From positions 1 through 8,177 of the forward strand of contig JBDLKA010000133.1 in assembly GCA_039714075.1 (NCBI GenBank): a stretch of DNA of 8,177 nt, written 5' to 3'. The DNA comes from Candidatus Krumholzibacteriota bacterium (lineage in GTDB: Bacteria > Krumholzibacteriota > Krumholzibacteriia > LZORAL124-64-63). The position numbers were made by a program, and so were the translations under genes. The notes under the pieces were generated by a model. It was given only the letters and a program-made list of their open reading frames with translations. It had not been told where the DNA came from and ran no database searches. Below are positions 6,379 to 8,177 of this stretch, one piece after another; within the stretch, counting starts at the first letter, position 1; every line of letters begins with the position of its first letter.

Positions 6379-7737
6379 TTATTTGCATATTTTACAGTAT
6401 TTTGCCTTGTATTTTCGCTTGATTTTCGCTATATTGGGTTTCAACCTCCCGATCATCACGTTTTGACTGTATTTCCTGCATTTTCCGGGAGGAAAATCCA
6501 TGAACGAATTCTGTTCCGACCAGCCGGCAATTGAGGTCCACTCCGCCTTGAAATCAGCCCTGCAGGCCCTGGAAAAGGCTAAACAATGCGCCGTTCTCTG
6601 GTTCGGCGAGATCCTCGATCGCAAACTCTTTCTGGAACTGGGGTACAGCTCCATCAACCAGTATGCCGCGGTGGAGCTCGGGTAAACGCTCTCGATCGAG
6701 GCACTTAAGCGGTCAAGTTGCAGCTTGGCGCCCACATAATCGCTATGGACGGCAGAGAGTTCATCAATAAGCCGTTCAAGCGGTTCAAAAAGCCCTTTCA
6801 CACGGCTGCTCTCATTCAGGAGTTCATCCATCTGTTTGGCTGACAGGATCATCTGCTTCATCACAAGCTGGCTCTGCTCTTTCACCCCTTCAATAAGTCG
6901 CTCATCTTCACTTAACGAGGTTGAGATACCTTCTGATTGCGAGCGTAAAGCACTCAGCTGATGGGCAAAACTTTGCAAGAGCGCGTCAATCTCATCTCCC
7001 GTATCACGCACCAGCTGGTGGGCCGCAGACTTGAAGAGGGGTATGAGATTTTCAACACTCTCCCGTAAAGCGACCATCTCATTCTGGAAGCTTCCCTCAT
7101 CTCCCCGGCTCTTTAATGCCTGCTTGATCTGGTTGAAATGATCCTGTTCGGAGACACGCAGCATATCGATGTGGCGATGGATGACGCTGTCGATGTCCGG
7201 CAGCTCTTGATGGGCAAATGTTTCAAATGCTTTGAGCGCCTCTTCCTGAGAAGCGACGATCGACTGAATCTGCTCCACAAAACGGTCCTGGTTGCCCTGA
7301 ATAACAGCCAGTGCCTCCTTCTCGTTTTTGAACACCGCTTTCATCACGCCTTGCATGGATTTCTCCTGCTCGCTGATGGTGTGCTGATTGCCTTCAAGCA
7401 CGGCGATATAGTTTTTCAGCTGGCCGACCTGCTTCATCAGGCGTTGCGTAAAGTCATTTTGCAGGCGTGCAGCTTCACGCTGTTTTGACTGATGCATAAT
7501 GTTCATAATGACAAAAAGCATTAAACCGGCGAAGAAAGGCAGAAGCGATTCACGAAAGACAAGAATGAAGTTTTCGGTTTCGGGATACAACAGAAGATGG
7601 ATCATCGCTCCAATGCCGCCAATACCGAGAAGAAGAGGCGCATAGTTGATCTTGTTAGGGTCTTTAAAGATCATCACCTGTCGGATAAACAACACGCCCA
7701 TCAAGATGAAAGTAACAATAAAGTCGAGATCAAGCAT
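6379..7737 (-). CDS. Membrane-anchored coiled-coil hypothetical protein; the genuine part is probably 7737 to ~6685, and the last ~100 codons are run-on across a junction
   Basis: AGGAG RBS at 7747-7743. Three N-terminal hydrophobic segments are followed by a long Q/E/L/K-rich helical region up to ...LDRLSASIESV (codon 351). The rest is antisense to the 6500-6685 gene and its promoter. The N-terminus resembles Campylobacterota (Sulfurimonas/Sulfuricurvum-like) hypothetical proteins, recalled from memory. Confidence 0.7.
   Translation of the reverse strand: MLDLDFIVTFILMGVLFIRQVMIFKDPNKINYAPLLLGIGGIGAMIHLLLYPETENFILVFRESLLPFFAGLMLFVIMNIMHQSKQREAARLQNDFTQRLMKQVGQLKNYIAVLEGNQHTISEQEKSMQGVMKAVFKNEKEALAVIQGNQDRFVEQIQSIVASQEEALKAFETFAHQELPDIDSVIHRHIDMLRVSEQDHFNQIKQALKSRGDEGSFQNEMVALRESVENLIPLFKSAAHQLVRDTGDEIDALLQSFAHQLSALRSQSEGISTSLSEDERLIEGVKEQSQLVMKQMILSAKQMDELLNESSRVKGLFEPLERLIDELSAVHSDYVGAKLQLDRLSASIESVYPSSTAAYWLMELYPSSRKSLRSRISPNQRTAHCLAFSRACRADFKAEWTSIAGWSEQNSFMDFPPGKCRKYSQNVMIGRLKPNIAKIKRKYKAKYCKICK
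6407..6435 (+). promoter_or_regulatory. Possible sigma70-type promoter for the gene starting at 6500
   Basis: TTGTAT (6407-6412), 17 nt, TATATT (6430-6435), inside an AT-rich divergent intergenic region. Confidence 0.4.
6500..6685 (+). pseudogene. N-terminal fragment of a probable DUF222/HNH-endonuclease-associated protein, cut off at the sequence junction
   Basis: GGAGG RBS at 6488-6492 and ATG at 6500. The 61 aa include AVLWFGEILDRKLFLELGYSSINQYAAVELG, which resembles from memory the R..Y..LGYSS..qYa...LG N-terminus of DUF222/HNH proteins. It stops (TAA 6683-6685) where the composition changes. Confidence 0.6.
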
Positions 7738-7786
7738 AAGATCTCCTGATATTTTTTAGAGCTATCCTGTATTCTACACAAAATTA

Positions 7787-8176
7787 TCAGGCGGAAGCAA
7801 CAATCTCCAGTAATTTATGCGGTTTTTCAATGACATGGTCGCCGTTTCCCTTCTCACTGAACCCCCATGTCACAAAGACACTTCTGATCCCCGCATTGAG
7901 AGCAGCCTCAATGTCTTTGGAGTTATCGCCGATCATCCAGGCAGCTTCAGTACCAGGCAACGCCTCTAGCACGATCTGGAACGCACGCGAATGCGGTTTT
8001 TCGTAGCCCATTTCTGCCGAATTGAAGACGCGCGCCACCCGTGACGCCAGCCCCAAGTGCTGCACAATATCGCCCAACTCCGGCACGTGATTGGAGAGGA
8101 TGACGTGCGTCCACCCCTGGGACGAAAGCACGTCCAGCGCGGGCAGCACGTCATCATACAATCGCCAGCGTTCGAG
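7787..8176 (-). CDS. HAD-superfamily hydrolase (subfamily IA, phosphoglycolate phosphatase-like), 5'-partial and possibly chimeric
   Basis: The frame is open to the window edge (LERWRLYDDV...). HAD motif II is ILSN, motif III is EKP and motif IV is WMIGDNSKDI, followed by AG...VTWGF. Motif I lies outside the window. Confidence 0.85.
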   Translation of the reverse strand, partial: LERWRLYDDVLPALDVLSSQGWTHVILSNHVPELGDIVQHLGLASRVARVFNSAEMGYEKPHSRAFQIVLEALPGTEAAWMIGDNSKDIEAALNAGIRSVFVTWGFSEKGNGDHVIEKPHKLLEIVASA

Positions 8177-8177
8177 G

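Overview
Positions 1 to ~6683 are mostly high-GC bacterial sequence. The PNPFNP-type C-terminal domain suggests an FCB-group candidate phylum such as Krumholzibacteriota or Latescibacterota (inference). This part holds the 3' end of an SdrD-B-repeat surface protein, a small outer-membrane beta-barrel protein, a ~112-bp hairpin between convergent genes, an HtrA/DegP protease, a large secreted FG-GAP/ASPIC-UnbV protein, a stand-alone PqqD/RRE protein and a truncated DUF222/HNH-like gene. The main finding is that the 817-aa ORF at 3236-5689 is probably not the whole gene. An upstream RBS, ATG (5848) and signal peptide read in frame through a TGA at 5710-5708. That TGA sits in the redox position of an Omp28/thioredoxin-like motif (ELWSADG-U-PYCP) and is followed by a SECIS-like hairpin. 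This predicts an 870-aa secreted UxxC selenoprotein fused to a beta-propeller and a sorting domain. At ~6683 the sequence switches abruptly to lower-GC DNA encoding a membrane-anchored coiled-coil protein and a HAD hydrolase. A second possible junction lies inside the HAD gene (~7925). The right end therefore looks chimeric.
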